Shown here: positions 11,992 to 25,863 of the stretch, one piece after another
Numbering within the stretch: position 1 is the stretch's first letter
Layout of the letters: every line of letters begins with the position of its first letter
Assembly: GCA_010093815.1 (NCBI GenBank)
Contig: ML996574.1
Length of the DNA: 43,545 nt
Direction: 5' to 3' (one strand)
DNA from: Pseudovirgaria hyperparasitica
Lineage: Eukaryota
The notes under the pieces: generated by a model
Told to the model about the DNA's origin: nothing
Seen by the model: the letters and a program-made list of their open reading frames with translations, nothing else
Databases searched by the model: none
Made by a program: the position numbers and the translations under genes

Positions 11992-13333
11992 AAGTATTAT
12001 AAAAAACTTCTTCTATCTTAAGAGACTAAAACTAGTTAATTTAGGGCGATATAGTAATCTATAGATATAAATTAATAGTAGAACTATAGAACTAGATATA
12101 GATAATAATCTAATACTTTAATTATTAGAGATATAGATATACTAGATAGAGGTACTCTTAAAAGGCTATATATAGCTAATATTATTAGAGCTATAGTACC
12201 TAGAAATACCTCTATAGAACCTAGAGTAATAGTATATATAATAGAGATACTACTAAATACTCTAACTATAATAGAAAATATCTATTCTAGTTAGTAATAT
12301 ATATAAAATATAAATAAGTTACTAAGTATATTAACGCTATAAAGGTAAGAGAAGTAAGGTAGATATACTAGACTATAAGGTCTCTTCTATCTACTCTAAT
12401 CTTATCTATAATTATATCTACTAATCTATAAGGGAGTAAGAATAATATATAATAGTATACTATATAGAGAAAGATAGATTAACTCTAGAGTATTCTTAAG
12501 ATAGCTATAGTATAGAGATAGTTACGCCTTAATACTACTAGTATATAGATCTAAGTATTCTCTAGTATCTAATAAGGGACTAAGATATATTTATTATTAT
12601 ATAGGTAAATATATAATATAAATAAGAAAACTAGGCTATACTTCTTAAAGAGATAGATACTATAATAATAGCTATCTAGAAGCTATATAAATACTACTAA
12701 ACTAATAATATATCTAGAGTACTATACTATCTACTCTCTAAGCCTAGATAGAAGAGTTCTATTCTATATATATAAATTAATTCTACTCTCTAAGTAGTTC
12801 TATATAGAATAAGATAATCTCTAAATAATACTATATCTATAGATAAATATAGAATCTCTCTATATCTATAATATCTATAAGTAGAGAGAATTACTTATAC
12901 TAGATACTATACTAGAGAGTATTATAGTACTAGAATAATATATTCTTCTAGATAACTTTAATCTCTACTATAGATAGTAGAGAGATCTAATAGTTATTAG
13001 AGAAGAGCTTAGAGTAAGAGAACTCTATACAAGGTACTATAACCTTCTATACCTTCTTATACTAGTTAGATAAATTATATAGAGGAAATATAATAATAAT
13101 AATAATAATAATATTATATAACTAGGTAGAGTAGTACTCTATAGGCCTATACCTTCTCTAGTCTAAGCCACTATATAAGAAGAAACCCTATAGGGAAAAA
13201 CTTCCTTATATCTATAACTACATCTCGTTAAACCTCTATTTCGTCTTAAGTATATAGCTATAGAGTACGCCTATTAGTCTATAGTCTATATTACCGTTAT
13301 TTCGCCCTTAGGTAGCACGTATAGATGCGGAGG

Positions 13334-13364
13334 TTATTAGTTAAGGGCTGCCCTTAACTAATAA
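13334..13364. repeat. 31-bp palindrome, 3' copy in LINE B
   Basis: TTATTAGTTAAGGGC-T-GCCCTTAACTAATAA, perfect 15-bp arms. Confidence 0.95.
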
Positions 13365-16300
13365 TCGGGGTTCTCCTAGGGTTCTTCCGGTATATATCGG
13401 GTTACTACTAGTATATACCGGGTCTCTTCCGGTATATATTTCCGGGTCCACTAGTACTAGAGGAGTAGTAGATATATAAGTATCTATCGGGAGACGTCCT
13501 TAGGGTACTTATTAAGCTATTATACGATATCTAAAGTCTTTATAACGTAGATAAGCTATTACCGTTATATATAGAGGTTAGGGCATATAGCTAGATAGTA
13601 GCGTATTATACCTCTCCGGCCGTACGCCTTATACTATAGAGAGGTATTAGGAACGCCTCTCTTATAGATATAGTATAGAAGTCCTATAGCGCCCGTTCGG
13701 GCTTAGATAAGTATAGATACTTAGGCTTTCGTTAGCCCTTTATATATCTATTTACTTAGTTCCTTCTATAGCCCTCGAATCTACTCTAGGTACCTATTCT
13801 ACTAGGAGATCTAGTAGGCATAGAGTGCCTCTTTCTACTTATCTTAAGTCCACGACCGTATGTTTTTTATAAGTTCTTAAAGGCTCTACTAGTCTAGGAG
13901 AGCGTCCGGGTTATCTCGGACTTCTTATACTACTTAGCTAGAGTTAGTTTCTATTAAGCACCTATACCGTATTTAATTCCGGCCTATATATAGAAGTGCG
14001 CGGTAATATATACTAATTCGTGCATATAGCGCAGCGAAAGTATATTCTACATTTCCTATACGTTTCTATACTTATTATTTAGTAAAGTATACTACCCTCT
14101 ATATCTAGTAGAAGTTATATATACTTATAACGTCTATCTCGCGTCGTAGTAGTACCGTGTTAGTAGCTTTATATACGCCTAATATAAGACGGAGTATACG
14201 GTTCTATATAGATTCGAGCTTTATTCGCCTAGTCTATATAAGGGCCGTGTACTAGCACTCGTGTCTATACGTGAAGGCGGGTCGTACTATAGATATATAT
14301 AGCTAGTATACCTTATCCCGGGCGGTTCCCCACGTAGAGGCTATAATCCGTTATATAGTAGCTTCTACCTAGAGAGCTCTAGAGACGGTATATACTACTT
14401 ATAGTCTCTATTTAAGCTTACTATCTAGTATAACTCCGAGCGCGCGTATACTTTATACTAGTAGTTCGTTAAACGCGTCGATTCGGGGGCGTTATTCGCC
14501 TTCCCTAGTTACCTATTTCCCTTAATAGTTAATAAAGTATATAAGCTAGTATTTCTCCGGGGCGAACTTTACTCCGTAGCGTTTTACCTACTAGAGGCAC
14601 CTCTCGTGGTTCTATTCTAGTCGTCTATACGTTCGGTTAGTATTATTATTAATAGCTAGGAGGTATATATTATCGGCGTATCCGACTACCTCTATATACT
14701 TTATTCCTTAAAGAAGGTCTACTATAAAGAAGAGGAATAGAATCGGAGAGATAGTACTCCCTTATAGGATGCCGTATACCGTCTCTTTATATTCGCTCTA
14801 GTACCTAGAGATATATATCTAAGTTATTCTTCCTATAAGGAATAACTATATAAAGCGTATAATCTATTCTAGTATTCGTCTTATCCGGAGGTTATAAATA
14901 AGTCTTATATGGTTTACCTTATTAAACGCTCCGGCTATATTAAGGGAGAGGAGCGATACTACCCGTCCCTATTTCTATACGGCCTAGACGACTTTAATAA
15001 TATATTAGATAGCTATTATTAGAGAGCTATCTATCTTTGCCTTCTAGTTCGGAGGGAGGAGATTATATTTCTATACCGCGGTACTTATCTTCTTCGCTAC
15101 CGTAGCCTCTAGTATCTTACCTAGGTAGGAGAGAAGGGTAATTAGTCTCTATCCCTTTAGGGAGTTAGGGCTCTTTCCTAGTTTCGGGAGTATAATAGTA
15201 TAGGCGACTCGGAAGCTCTAGGGGTGGTATCCCTACGTGACGCATGCTTAGAATATATAAGTAATAAGCGGTAGAGTCGCTTTTATAGTACTTTTTAGAT
15301 ATCGATTTAGAATTCCATCTGGTCTAGGTACTTTATTATTTGGGAGTGTCTTAATAATATTAAGTATGTCCTCCTCCGTAACTTCTTTAGGGATATCTAC
15401 CGTATATAGATATTCGGCGCTATGAACGTCTAATAGGTCTACTAGTTCCGGGAGAGAGAACATGGCCTCCTATAGGGCCTTAGTTTTCTTAAGGCTCGTG
15501 GAGTATATTCTTCCCTAATATATTAGGGGAGGCATAAGTGGCGGGGGTGTCGGAGTGTCTACGCCCTTAGCCTATTTCGCTATACGCTATAGCCCTATTA
15601 CGTATCATATCTATTAGCTAGTAATTATACGCTACTATTTATACCTTTCGTTACGGAGGACTTTATCACGTTATTATATCGCTTCCTTCTATTCTTTCTA
15701 CGACTCGGGTATTCTTATATAGTATACGCGTGTGTATAGCCTTCGGGCGTCTTATCTACTTTCCTATACTTAAGGAATCCCCTTTACTTCCGGGGGCCGG
15801 TATATTTAGTATAGTACGTGTTTATTTCTCGCCTTCTAGTATGTTTATAGGAGTATCTATACGGCCTAGTCTATGGCTAGGTCGTTAGATATATCGACTA
15901 TAGAGGGATCTAGGATCGCCGATTCTAGGTCCTTTAGGTACTTTTCCTAGTCGGTGTCCTTCTATATCTATCGTCCCCGTTATTCATTCGGGGTATATAT
16001 GTTTATTACGGTTTCTATGTATTCGTGGTCGGAATCCGTCTATACCTAGCTTAGGCGGTAGTATTAGATTCGGTAACTAATATACTCTATAGCGAAGGTA
16101 AGGTTAAGCGTAGACCCGTCTTCGTCCTATTTATGTTTTTTCTATATAACTTATTCTATAGGTGTAAGTAGATATAGAAAGTCGTGGTAGCGGGTGCGTA
16201 GTTCCCTTACTCTAAGTTCTTCCCTTACTATGGTTAGGCCTCTCTACTATTAGTAGTAGAGGTTAAAGTCTCCTAGGAGGATGTGTTACTCTAGTTCCGT

Positions 16301-18110
16301 AGTACCCTCGAGCATCTTATCTAGTATAAGTATACGTTATTAGTTATATATATTATATATATATAGGGGGCCTATATCTATTTATAGGTGTAGTATTATC
16401 CTAAGGTTATCGCGCTCGGTATACGACCATAATAAGAGTAGTATAGACCTATGAATATGGAAGAGGACTCGTCTTTCTAGTCCTAGAGGGTATATAGTAT
16501 GGTATCCGGGGTATATGGTTGGTTTACTCGTCTGGTAGTGTTTATAGGGTTCCTAGATAGCGAGTATTATGGCCCCGGTCTCTTTAAGGAGCGTCGCCTA
16601 GTTCTCTCTTTTATATTATATATTTACCTATATAATTCGGAGTATATTCTAGTCCCTTATTAGGTACTAGGGAGTATATATACTTATATACTTATTCCTT
16701 AGAGGCGCGACTATCCTTGCGCGGTAGCGGCTTTAACTATGCCTTTTAGTCATCCTATTATCTTTAGAATAGTCTACTATCCCGCCTAACTACCTTCTAG
16801 AGGGGAGGTTAGGGGTATTATAAAGGAAGGGCTTATAGTAGGTATTATATTCTATAACTATCTCGCGCCTCTCGCTTTTATTATACGAATATATTCTATA
16901 ACCTATTTATGTTTTATACACGTTATCGACCACGATAGGTGTTTCCTATCGTAGTTTAAACACTATACTATGTCCCTGTTTCTTGGTCCGTCTCCTCGCA
17001 GTTCATAAGGGCACTCCTAGGTAGCGTGGTCTCTATAGTACTATCCGTACTTAGTCTTCTATAAGTACCTTTATATAGTATATCTATACCCTTAATAGTT
17101 AAAGTACTATATTATTACCTATACCCTATCCCATGGCTCGGCTATAAGGAGCTCTTCTTCTACTAGGAATCCCTCCTATATAATATATTATATAAGGGCG
17201 GGGTCTCGGAGCTCTATAATTATAGTAGAGTATTTTTTCGCCGTTGTCTTAATCGTCTATAGGTTCTTCTACCACGCTTTCACGATCTTAATCCCTAGGT
17301 ATTTTCGCGTGTTAGATTATTCTATACGCGTAATATCCTCCGTACCGATAGCCTATCCCTACACGGGTACTACGTATACTATAATCGGGTATATAGCTAC
17401 CCTAATAGACGCGCTAGGGAAGATACTACCTATCGCGTTCGGATCTCGTAAGATGTTTTACTACGTAGTATTTATTATAGTAGTAAGTACTACTCTACCT
17501 AGCGTAACTTTAGTAGCCACGACGCTTAACTACATTCCTTTCTATTTATTAATCTTATTTATAATTTCCTTTAGGGATGCCTATTAGACCTACGCTAGCG
17601 TGTTCTTATCCTAGATTATAATATATATACTATATACTCTATCTATGGTCCTAGTAGTCCTTAGTGCGGTAGCTCCGGGTATTACTATAATCTAAGCCCA
17701 CGTGTTAGGGCGCTTACCTTAGGATAGCTCTTCCTAGATTCTCCGTAGGCTAGCTTCTATTCGGTCGAGTCTACTACTAGGTTCCTCTCGTAGTAACTTC
17801 CTTTCTTTCTCTATAATTCCTCTTAGGTTCCGGATAAGGTCCCGGAATATATAAAGGAGGGTCTTCTTTCCCTCCTCGGCGTCCCTCTCTATACGTATTA
17901 CCTAGTATTTAATTTTATCTAGGAGGGTCTCCCCTCTCGGGGTCCCCTCAGTCTAGGTTATCTATAGCACTTCGCACCCTTAGTTAGTTCCTATATTTTA
18001 GATAGGTGTCTAGCTATCTATATTAATATCGCTATATAGCCGTTTCTACCGTACTAGTAGGGGTATATCCGGCGTCTACCGGGGTATTACGATGCCTAAG
18101 GCCGCTATAG

Positions 18111-18141
18111 TTATTAGTTAAGGGTAGCCCTTAACTAATAA
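18111..18141. repeat. 31-bp palindrome, 5' copy in LINE B
   Basis: TTATTAGTTAAGGG-TAG-CCCTTAACTAATAA. Confidence 0.95.
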
Positions 18142-21100
18142 AAGGGGGTCGGCGTGTTAGCGTTTATTAGATATGGTCTATGCTTATATTATTAAAGAGT
18201 CTTCGAGTATATATATATAGTATCTCTATACGTCGGTATCGTTACATATTATACGCTATACGTACGCACGTATGTCGGAGGTTATTATACTCGGTATACT
18301 CTATCGTTTAATGTATGTAAATTGCTGTTTTACCCCGAATTAACTAGTTTAGTCCGTTAGGGTGTGAGAAGTTTTTTTTAGAGGAAATATAAATAGAATA
18401 AGAAGGGATCTATACTTAACCTTACCCTTACTATAGAATATATAAGCTATAGAGTATAATACTATTATCTAAGTAAGATATAGATAGACTCTAACTATAA
18501 CTATATAGAGACTATAATAGATATATCTATATCTAATAAATAATAGAGAAGATAGTTCTAGAAAGATACTAACTAGAAGAAATATAGAGAGAATCTAGAA
18601 TTAGTAATTCTAGATTTCTCTATAGTTAATATATCTAATAGTCTAGCTATAGATAGAGCTATATAAGTTCTTCTTTAAGTCTTCTAAGACTTAAGAGATA
18701 AATATATACTATATTAAATATATAAGCCTCTAGATATAAGAGATATATCTTAAATATATAAAAGTAGATAGAAAGCCCGGAGACTATATATATATACTAT
18801 ATCTAGATAGCTAAGGTATAGAAGAAATAGAAAGAGATAATCTAATCTTATAATAGAACCCTCTATAATAAATAATATAAATACTAGTATATAATTACTA
18901 ATAAATATATATAATAAGCTATAGAGCTATAGTATATAGTAAAGTAGACTAAGAGTATAGATATACTAATACTATTACTACTAATACCTCCCCTAATATA
19001 CTAGGAAAGAATATATACTATAAGCCTAGAAAAGATAGAGATTCTATATAAAGTTATATTTCCCTCTCTAGAGCTAGTAGATCTATCTAATATTAATAAT
19101 ACTATATATCTAGATATAGTTAATATCTCTATAGAGATTATAGAAGGGGATATATTTAATACTATTAAAGTACTTCTAAATAATAAAGTATCTAGACTAG
19201 ATAGAATACTAAATAGATACCTTAAATATACTATATAGATAACTCTACTACTTATTAGTCTTATCTTCTAGATATATACTAAGAATAGATACTATCTCTA
19301 AAGTTTCTAGACTATCTATACTATTATACTTATAAAGCTAGAGAAGAATTCTAACTCTCTTAAAGAATAGAGACTAATTACCCTTCTCTTCTATCTTAGT
19401 AAGATACTTAAGACTATAATTATAAAAAGATAAGTATTATAGTATAGAAATATAATCTTCTTCTAGTAAACTAGAAAGTAAAGACTAGAAGCTCTCTAAT
19501 TAGTACTATTTAATATATTCTTAAAGTTATCTAGACTATATAGAAGTAGAGATATATAGTAATACTACTCTCTATTAATATAGCTAGTATATTTAATAAG
19601 ATAAACTATATAAGACTTATCTATAATCTATAGAAGAGATATATATCTAAATAGATTATAAAGTTTATATAGTTCTTTATTACTAAAAGAATTAGCTAGA
19701 TATATATCTCTAGATATTAAAGTAAATATAAGAAGATAATATATAGTATTCTATAAGGAAATACTATCTCCCTAATTCTCTTTATCTTCTTTACTATAGA
19801 TCTTCTATAGAGAATATAATATATAGAGATAGTAGAATATACTAATAATATATACCTTCTAGCTATTAATAATAATACTAGTCTAATATATAAATACCTT
19901 AAATATAATTATAAAAGCTATATCTAGTAGGTAAAATACTATAGAGTAAAGTTTGCCCCTAAGAAATATTAACTTATATACTTTATTAATTACTATAGAA
20001 GATAGACTACTAAGAAAGAAGAGTAATATTCTAGAATAGATACTTTTACTAAGCTACTAATATAGAGTATATATATACTAGATATTATAATTAATAATAA
20101 ACTTAAATAGAGACTATAGATTATATATACTATATCTAGACCCCTTAAGATAGAAACTACTATATATTAGATTATAGTCTCTATATAAAGAACTACCTAG
20201 AATAAGATATACTAGTTATTTATCTCTATAGTATAATCTATCTTTATATATAGATATAAATACTAGTATATAACTCTTATATAGACTAGATAAATAAAGC
20301 TTAAGTCTATATAGAACTATATACTCTATCTTATATCTAGTATATATAAAGCTACTAATATAGTACTACTATAACGTAAGATAAATATAATAAATATATA
20401 GAACTTCTACTAGATATAGAGGGTAATATACTTTACTAAATAATAAGTATAGAAATATATAGAATATATAGAATATACTTTTACTATACTATAAATATAA
20501 GTTAGTATCTATTATTAAGTACTTCTATATATAGACTATACTTATATATAGTATAAGTATCTAATAGAGATAGACTTAAATTAGATTATATAAGAGATTA
20601 AAGATAATCTAGATATCTTTCTAGACTAGTAGAACCCTTAGAAGCTTATATAGACTATGAAATTATAGACCTAGAATAAATAGAGAGAAGCTCTTTAAAT
20701 CTATTAGATATTCTAATAGAAAAGATATCTAGAGTAGATTTAAGAACTATAGAAGGAACTACGTAAATAGATATATAAAGGGCTTATAAAAGCCTAGATA
20801 TCTATTCTCCTCTAAGTCTAAATAGAAGCTATAGAACTTCTATACTATCTATACTAGAGAGGTATTCTAGATATATCTCTATAGTATAAAATATATAGCT
20901 AGAGAGATATAATATAATACTATCTTATAATATACCTAGACCTCTATATATAAAGATAATTACTTATCTATATAATAAGAACCTCTAAAATTACGTGCTA
21001 GCTTAATAAGTACCCTAAGAAGATTACTAGATAGATACTTATATATCTTCTACTTTCTTAATACTAATAGATCTAAATATATATACTAGAAGAAACTAGA

Positions 21101-21153
21101 TATATATTAGATAGACTCTAGTATATACTAGAAGAACTCTAGAAGAACTCTAA

Positions 21154-21184
21154 TTATTAGTTAAGGGTAACCCTTAACTAATAA
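21154..21184. repeat. 31-bp palindrome, 3' copy in LINE A
   Basis: TTATTAGTTAAGGG-TAA-CCCTTAACTAATAA. Confidence 0.95.
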
Positions 21185-21428
21185 CCTCTATACTCTATAT
21201 ATACTATCTAAGAGTAAAATAATAGTACTATAGATTATAGGTCTAGAGGTATTTCTAGTAGCTATATACTTAAGATAATATAAAGACTTAATAAGATATA
21301 GTAGTAGAGTGAAGAGAGTTTTTCCTCTTATAGAGGTTTCTTCTTATATAATAGCTTAGACTAGAGAAGGTATATATCTATAGAGTAGACTACTCTATCT
21401 AGTTATATAATAATAATATTATTATTAT

Positions 21429-23672
21429 TATAGATAGTCTTAGATAATAATCTAAGACTAAGATAGATACTAATAGAGAGAACTAATTATAGATACTTAG
21501 AATAGATATTCTAAGTAGTATACTAAATAATTAGAAATAGAATACTATTATTCTAAGTAGTATACTAGATACTTAGAATAGGTATTCTAATTAGAGAATC
21601 TTAGTAGAACTATATAGACTCTTTAAATCTAATCTCTATAGATAGTTCTATAGTAATTAATTTAAACTTATATTAATATAAGTACTACTTTACTTATCTA
21701 CTAGCTAGTTACTATTTATACTCTATTAATACTTATTATAAAACTACTTATACTTTTCTAAGCCTTCTAAGTATCTTTATCTTTAGAAAAGCTAGAATAC
21801 TTAATATAATAGACTACTTTAGAAATAAGCTATACTCTTACTAGAAAATTTTATTATAGTTTAATTACTCTTACTTAGACTCTAAAGTAGATACTTATAC
21901 TATCTTTATAAATATAAAATAGTAAATAATAGATAGTTTCTATCTTTATAAACTATTCTATAAGCTCTAACTATAGAATAAGTTAAATATCTTATTATAG
22001 AATTAGAGAAGTAAGTTATAGAGCTTTAGAAGAAAAATATTAAACTTAAAAAGACTAAGAAGAACTTTAAAAGAAAAATACTTAAGTCTTTTAAAGGTAA
22101 GTAAAGTAAACTCTAAGAATTTATAATATAGATTAGAATATATTTCTAGATCTATTAAATCTAGAATCTATAGAAGAATAAGTTATATTTACTACTAGAT
22201 TACTAAAGAGAGATATACTTACTTAGTTTAAACTCTACTTAAGAGACTTTATTAAAAGTAACCCTTAGAATTAATAGAATAATACTATTAAGATATTTAA
22301 ATACTTTAAAGAATTTAAGAAATATATTAAGATAATTTTTAGAGATATAGATAAATAAAGAATAGCTAAGAGATAGATTTAGTAAATTATTTAATAAAAT
22401 CTATATCTAACTATATCTCTAAATTCTAATAAATTTCTAGCTAGTTAGACTAGAATAATAAATCTCTAATTCTCTACTTCTATATAGAGCTATATAATAA
22501 TATAAAGAATAAGATCTCTAGAGAAAGAGACTACTCTACTAATCTCTTAGAGTATATTAAGCTTATAGTCTAGATTAATAACTAATTATATAAAAGATAC
22601 TATAAGAAACGAAAGAAAAAGATTTTTTAATCTATACTTAAATAAATATAAGAAAGGGCTACGCTAATTAGACTCTAAACTACTTATATAAGAGATTCTA
22701 TAATAGATCTATACTAATAGAACTTAGTATCTTATAGAAAAACTAGCTATCTAATAAAGAAAGGGAATAACTAAAGAAGAAAGATAAGTATCTCTACTAT
22801 AAGAAAAAGAAATACTATATCTATAAATATCTAAAAAATAAGAATAAGAAAAATTAGATTAAAGATCTAATACTAAGATAAGAAAACTTTATTATAGAAA
22901 AAGAAGAAGTATTCTATATAGCTATATTATAGACTAGTTATACTAATAACCTCTACTTTATATAAAAGCTAGAAATAAATAGAGTAGAATAGTATCTAAA
23001 GAAAAGAGATATTTCAATAGCTAGTAAATAACTCCTTCTACTCTATGAAAAAATAGAACTATAAAAATATCTAGATATAATAAGAAGATCTAGACTAACT
23101 AAAGAAATAATATCTAAAGAAGTAATAGCTAAAGAAAATATTATAGAGAAAGATAGTAAGAAAGAAACCCTTACTACTAAAGAATTATATAATAAGTTAA
23201 TAATAGAATAAAACCCTAGTACTTACTATACTATCTATTATTATAGAAAATATATAGATAAGAATAATAAAGATCTATTCTTAAAAGATATATAGATTTA
23301 ACTAGAAGATAATTAACTTATCTTGTCTTACTAAGAAGAATATAATAAGACCTTCTAGATTATCTATTTATATAATAATTATCTTTAATATCTCTATAAG
23401 AAGTACACCTAGAAATAGTTTCTATAGTAGTACTAGAATTAATTAATTCTAAAAGTATTTAAGAATAAAGATATATAATAGTATAAAATAATCTTAGAAG
23501 AAGCTAATAAAAACTACTTTATATTAAGATAAGTAGAAACTAAGATTTATTAAGAGAACTAATATATCTAATACCTAGATATTATATACCGGATATATCT
23601 AATATCTAAGGCTATTATATAGTATAACCTCTAAGTAGATTTAGATAAAATTAAGAAACAAGTTATAAAAAT
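21429..23672 (+). mobile_element. Gypsy family G2: remainder of the LTR (to ~21740) and gag region, RIP-inactivated and truncated
   Basis: De-RIP capsid motifs (L.GDALAWFEP, IFGD.DE...AE, LDW.D..L...FY.GL), a CCHC knuckle at ~22788-22835 and a second Cys/His motif at ~23341-23425. Confidence 0.8.
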
Positions 23673-23786
23673 TATAGATATAAGATAGTAGTCTAATAGA
23701 TTATAGAAGAATATAGAAATATATTTAAAAGAGTAGTCTACTCTTATAATAAGGTTAATTTCTAAGAAGTAGAAATTAGATTTATA
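23673..23786 (-). repeat. Fragment of a G1-family LTR (3' half), cut by LINE C
   Basis: Matches 7112-~7235 (gaaatatatttaaaag.gtagtctactcttataataaggttaatttctaa). Confidence 0.8.
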
Positions 23787-24029
23787 TAATAATAATAATA
23801 TTATTATATAACTAGGTAGAGTAGTTTACTCTATAGATATATACCTTCTCTAGTCTAAGCTATTATATAAGAAGAAACCCTTATAAAAGAAAAAACTTCC
23901 TTCTCTCTATTATTATATCTTATTAAGTCTTTATATCTTCTTAAATATATAGCTATTAGATATATCTATAGATCTATAACCTATATTACTATTATTTTAC
24001 CCTTAGATAGTATATATAGAGTATAGGGG

Positions 24030-24060
24030 TTATTAGTTAAGAGTTACCCTTAACTAATAA
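24030..24060. repeat. 31-bp palindrome, 3' copy in LINE C
   Basis: TTATTAGTTAAGAG-TTA-CCCTTAACTAATAA (one G>A in the arm). Confidence 0.92.
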
Positions 24061-25832
24061 TTAGATTTTTCCTAGGGTTCTTCTAGTATATAATAGAGTC
24101 TATCTAGTATATATCTAGTTTCTTCTAGTATATATATCTAGATCTACTAGTATTAAGAGAGTAGAAGATATATAAGTATCTATTAGATAATCTTCTTAGA
24201 GTACTTATTAAGCTAATATATAATATTAGAGATTCTTATTATATAAATAAGTATTTATCTTTATATATAAAGGTCTAGATATATTATAAGATAGTATTAT
24301 ATTATATCTCTCTAGCTATATATTTTATACTATAGAGATATATCTAGAATACCCCTCTAATATAGATAGTATATAAGTTCTATAGCTTCTATTTAGACTT
24401 AGAGAAGAATAGATATCTAGACTTTTATAAGCTCTTTATATATCTATTTACTTAGTTTCTTCTATAGTTCTTAAATCTACTCTAGATATCTATTCTATTA
24501 GAATATCTAATAGACTTAGAGAGTCTCTCTCTATTTATTCTAGATCTATAATTATATAGTCTATATAAGCTTCTAAGAATTCTACTAGTCTAGAGAGATA
24601 TCTAGATTATCTCTAATTTCTTATATAATATAATTTTAGTCTATCTCTATTAGATACTTATATTATAGTTAAGTTTAGTCTATATATAGTAGTACTTAAT
24701 AGTAGATACTAACTTATATATAAAGTATAATAAAAGTATATTCTATATATTCTATATATTTCTATACTTATTATTTAATAAAGTATATTACTCTCTATAT
24801 CTAGTAGAAGTTCTATATATTTATTATATTTATCTTATATTATAGTAGTACTATATTAATAGCTTTATATATACTAGATATAAAATAGAGTATATAGTTC
24901 TATATAGACTTAAGCTTTATTTATCTAGTCTATATAAGAGTTATATACTAGTATTTATATCTATATATAAAGATAGATTATACTATAGAGATAAATAACT
25001 AGTATATCTTATTCTAGGTAGTTCTTTATATAGAGACTATAATCTAATATATAGTAGTTTCTATCTTAAGGGGTCTAGATATAGTATATATAATCTATAG
25101 TCTCTATTTAAGTTTATTATTAATTATAATATCTAGTATATATATACTCTATATTAGTAGCTTAGTAAAAGTATCTATTCTAGAATATTACTCTTTTTTC
25201 TTAGTAGTCTATCTTCTATAGTAGTTAATAAAGTATATAAATTAGTATTTCTTAGTAGTAAACTTTACTCTATAGTACTTTATCTACTAGATATATCTCT
25301 TATAGTCTTATTTAAGATATTTATATATTAGATTAGTATTATTATTAATAGCTAGAAGATATATAGTATTAGTATATTCTACTATCTCTATATATTATAT
25401 TCTTTATAGAAGGTCTATAGTAAAGAAAAGAAAGAGAATTAGAGAGATAGGATTTTCTTATAGAATACTATATATTAATTTTTTATATTTACTTTAATAT
25501 CTAGAGATATATATATTTAGATAATTCTTTTAGTAAGAAAGAACTATATAAACTTTATAATCTATTTAGAAAGTCTAACTATACTTATAAGACTAAAAGG
25601 AACTTCTTATACTCTAACGGACCAAACTAGTTAATTCGGGGTAAAACAGCGATTTACATACATTAAACGATAGAGTATACCGAGTATAATAACCTCCAAC
25701 ACACGTGCGTACGTATAGCGTATAATACGCGACGATACTAACATATAGAGATACTATATATATACGCTCGAAGACTCTTCGATAATATAAGTATAGACTA
25801 TATCTAATAAACGCTAACACGCCGACCCCCTT

Positions 25833-25863
25833 TTATTAGTTAAGGGCTACCCTTAACTAATAA
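25833..25863. repeat. 31-bp palindrome, 5' copy in LINE D
   Basis: TTATTAGTTAAGGG-CTA-CCCTTAACTAATAA. Confidence 0.95.

Larger units (their letters stand above)
13094..18378 (-). mobile_element. Full-length (~5.3 kb) Tad1-like LINE copy B, RIP-inactivated, nested in the endonuclease domain of copy A
   Basis: Reverse complement of copy D, with an (AAT)n tail on the plus strand at ~13092-13113. TSD TAGAGGAAATATAA at 13080-13093 and 18379-18392. Track ORF 15248-15463 is an ORF2 fragment (NNKVPRPDGI). Confidence 0.93.
11992..21428 (+). mobile_element. Tad1-like LINE copy A (old, internally deleted in the 5' UTR/ORF1), split by LINE B; host segments 11992-13093 and 18380-21428
   Basis: 5' end aaaaaacttc...actagttaatttaggg matches the other copies. 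EN and RT remnants are present, with an (ATT)n tail at ~21418-21428. TSD TATAGATAGTCTTAGA at 11976-11991 and 21429-21444. Confidence 0.85.
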
